This document shows, one piece after another, positions 62,828-63,715 of a stretch of DNA of 63,715 nucleotides; positions within the stretch are counted from its first letter, which is position 1; the number at the start of each line of letters is the position of its first letter. Origin of the DNA: a virus (taxonomy: Duplodnaviria > Caudoviricetes); IMG/VR virus record IMGVR_UViG_3300031949_000032, positions 1 through 63,715 of that record; one strand, written 5' to 3'. The position numbers and the translations under genes are program-made. A model generated the notes under the pieces. It saw only the letters and a program-made list of their open reading frames with translations, did no database searches and had not been told where the DNA came from.

Positions 62828-63715
62828 TTACCATTCCTCGGTAAATGTGTAGTCATGTTGTAATCCAAACGATTCCATTTTAGCTGCCTTACAACTATTT
62901 TTATTTGTTCCAATAAAATATTCCCTCCCCGTAGAAGGGCAGTGGCAATTATAAAACAAAAGAGGATCTTCAATTTTTTGAATAGTGAAACTTACTATTC
63001 GCATAGGATATCCATAACCATCATCTTTTACTTCATCTAATATTTTATAATCAGACAATTCTTTCATTTTTACCTTATCCATAAATTGGTATGCAACCCG
63101 GCGATGTTCTATATTATCAATAGCAAAAACTTCAGAAGCCTTTAGCTTATCAAATTTTATTTTCAAAAACCATTCTTTTTTAAACTCTACATCGTTTAAA
63201 TAATATTTTGATTTGCTGTTTTTAGCGATAAGCCAATCCGAAGAATGTTCGGTTATAATCCACGTATTTGCTGAAAAATTTTTCCAAAGTCGTTTTTCTA
63301 CACCTAAATTATTTTGAATTTTTATAAATCCGGAAATCTCAGTTAATGCAGGAGCGGTGAAGGTTGCACCCTCTTGAACGTCAACGGAACCGGATTTTGT
63401 TAATGCAGGAGCGGTGAAGGTTGCACCCTGACGAACGTCAACGGAACCGGATTTTGTTAATGCAGGAGCGGTGAAGGTTGCACCCTCTTGAACGTAAACG
63501 GAACCGGAAATCTCAGTTAATGCAGGAGCGGTGAAGGTTGCACCCTGACGAACGTCAACGGAACCGGAAATCTCAGTTAATGCAGGAGCGGTGAAGGTTG
63601 CACCCTCTTGAACGTAAACGGAACCGGATTTTGTTAATGCAGGAGCGGTGAAGGTTGCACCCTCTTGAACGTAAACGGAACCGGAAATCTCAGTTAATGC
63701 AGGAGCGGTGAAGGT
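62828..63715 (-). CDS. C-terminal part of repeat-solenoid protein with DUF6745-like domain
   Basis: Open frame from 63715 to the stop at 62828; repeats followed by NIEHRRVAYQFM...CHCPSTGREYF. Confidence 0.85.
   Translation of the reverse strand, partial: TFTAPALTEISGSVYVQEGATFTAPALTKSGSVYVQEGATFTAPALTEISGSVDVRQGATFTAPALTEISGSVYVQEGATFTAPALTKSGSVDVRQGATFTAPALTKSGSVDVQEGATFTAPALTEISGFIKIQNNLGVEKRLWKNFSANTWIITEHSSDWLIAKNSKSKYYLNDVEFKKEWFLKIKFDKLKASEVFAIDNIEHRRVAYQFMDKVKMKELSDYKILDEVKDDGYGYPMRIVSFTIQKIEDPLLFYNCHCPSTGREYFIGTNKNSCKAAKMESFGLQHDYTFTEEW
63329..63715. repeat. Coding tandem repeat, 6 units plus a 36-bp partial unit identical to bases 1-36
   Basis: Same unit as 1-411. Confidence 0.97.

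Noticed and set aside
63680-63715. Biological terminal direct repeat
   Set aside because: The 36-bp match to bases 1-36 lies inside a coding tandem array and is better explained as an assembly break; true copy number is unresolved
1-63715. Stop-codon reassignment
   Set aside because: Long genes are intact and densely packed under the standard code

Overview
Near-complete, apparently circular ~63.7 kb AT-rich temperate phage genome, probably podovirus-like. The host is inferred to be Bacteroidota from TTTG-N19-21-TANNTTTG promoters and a Bacteroidetes-type tyrosine integrase. The window opens inside a gene made of 57/60-bp coding tandem repeats that runs across the two ends. Modules: (1) a long leftward early operon with a Cro-like protein, SMC-like ATPase, RecT-like annealase, MBL nuclease, HNH nucleases, two DNA methyltransferases, a replication initiator with helicase loader, a MazG-like enzyme and an SLT; (2) CI, integrase and an intact attP copying the 3' half of tRNA-Pro(GGG); (3) lysis, tail, adaptor, capsid and scaffold genes; (4) TerL followed by accessory genes; (5) a membrane-protein moron and a BRO antirepressor operon; (6) portal, a 3769-aa polyvalent ejection protein, two smaller ejection proteins, a TerS-like HTH protein and a nozzle; (7) small accessory genes. 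Strongest leads: an antirepressor carrying a close copy of the phage's own CI DNA-binding domain behind a C4-like antisense RNA, together with a CI whose autocleavage motifs look altered; two or three promoter-proximal kissing-loop RNA leaders; a combinatorially shuffled repeat-solenoid gene followed by a G3:U70 tRNA-like RNA; an overprinted small gene filling the linker before the ADP-ribosyltransferase domain of the giant protein; and signal-peptide/TM N-termini on the capsid and tail-region proteins. All family assignments come from motif recognition by eye; no searches were run.
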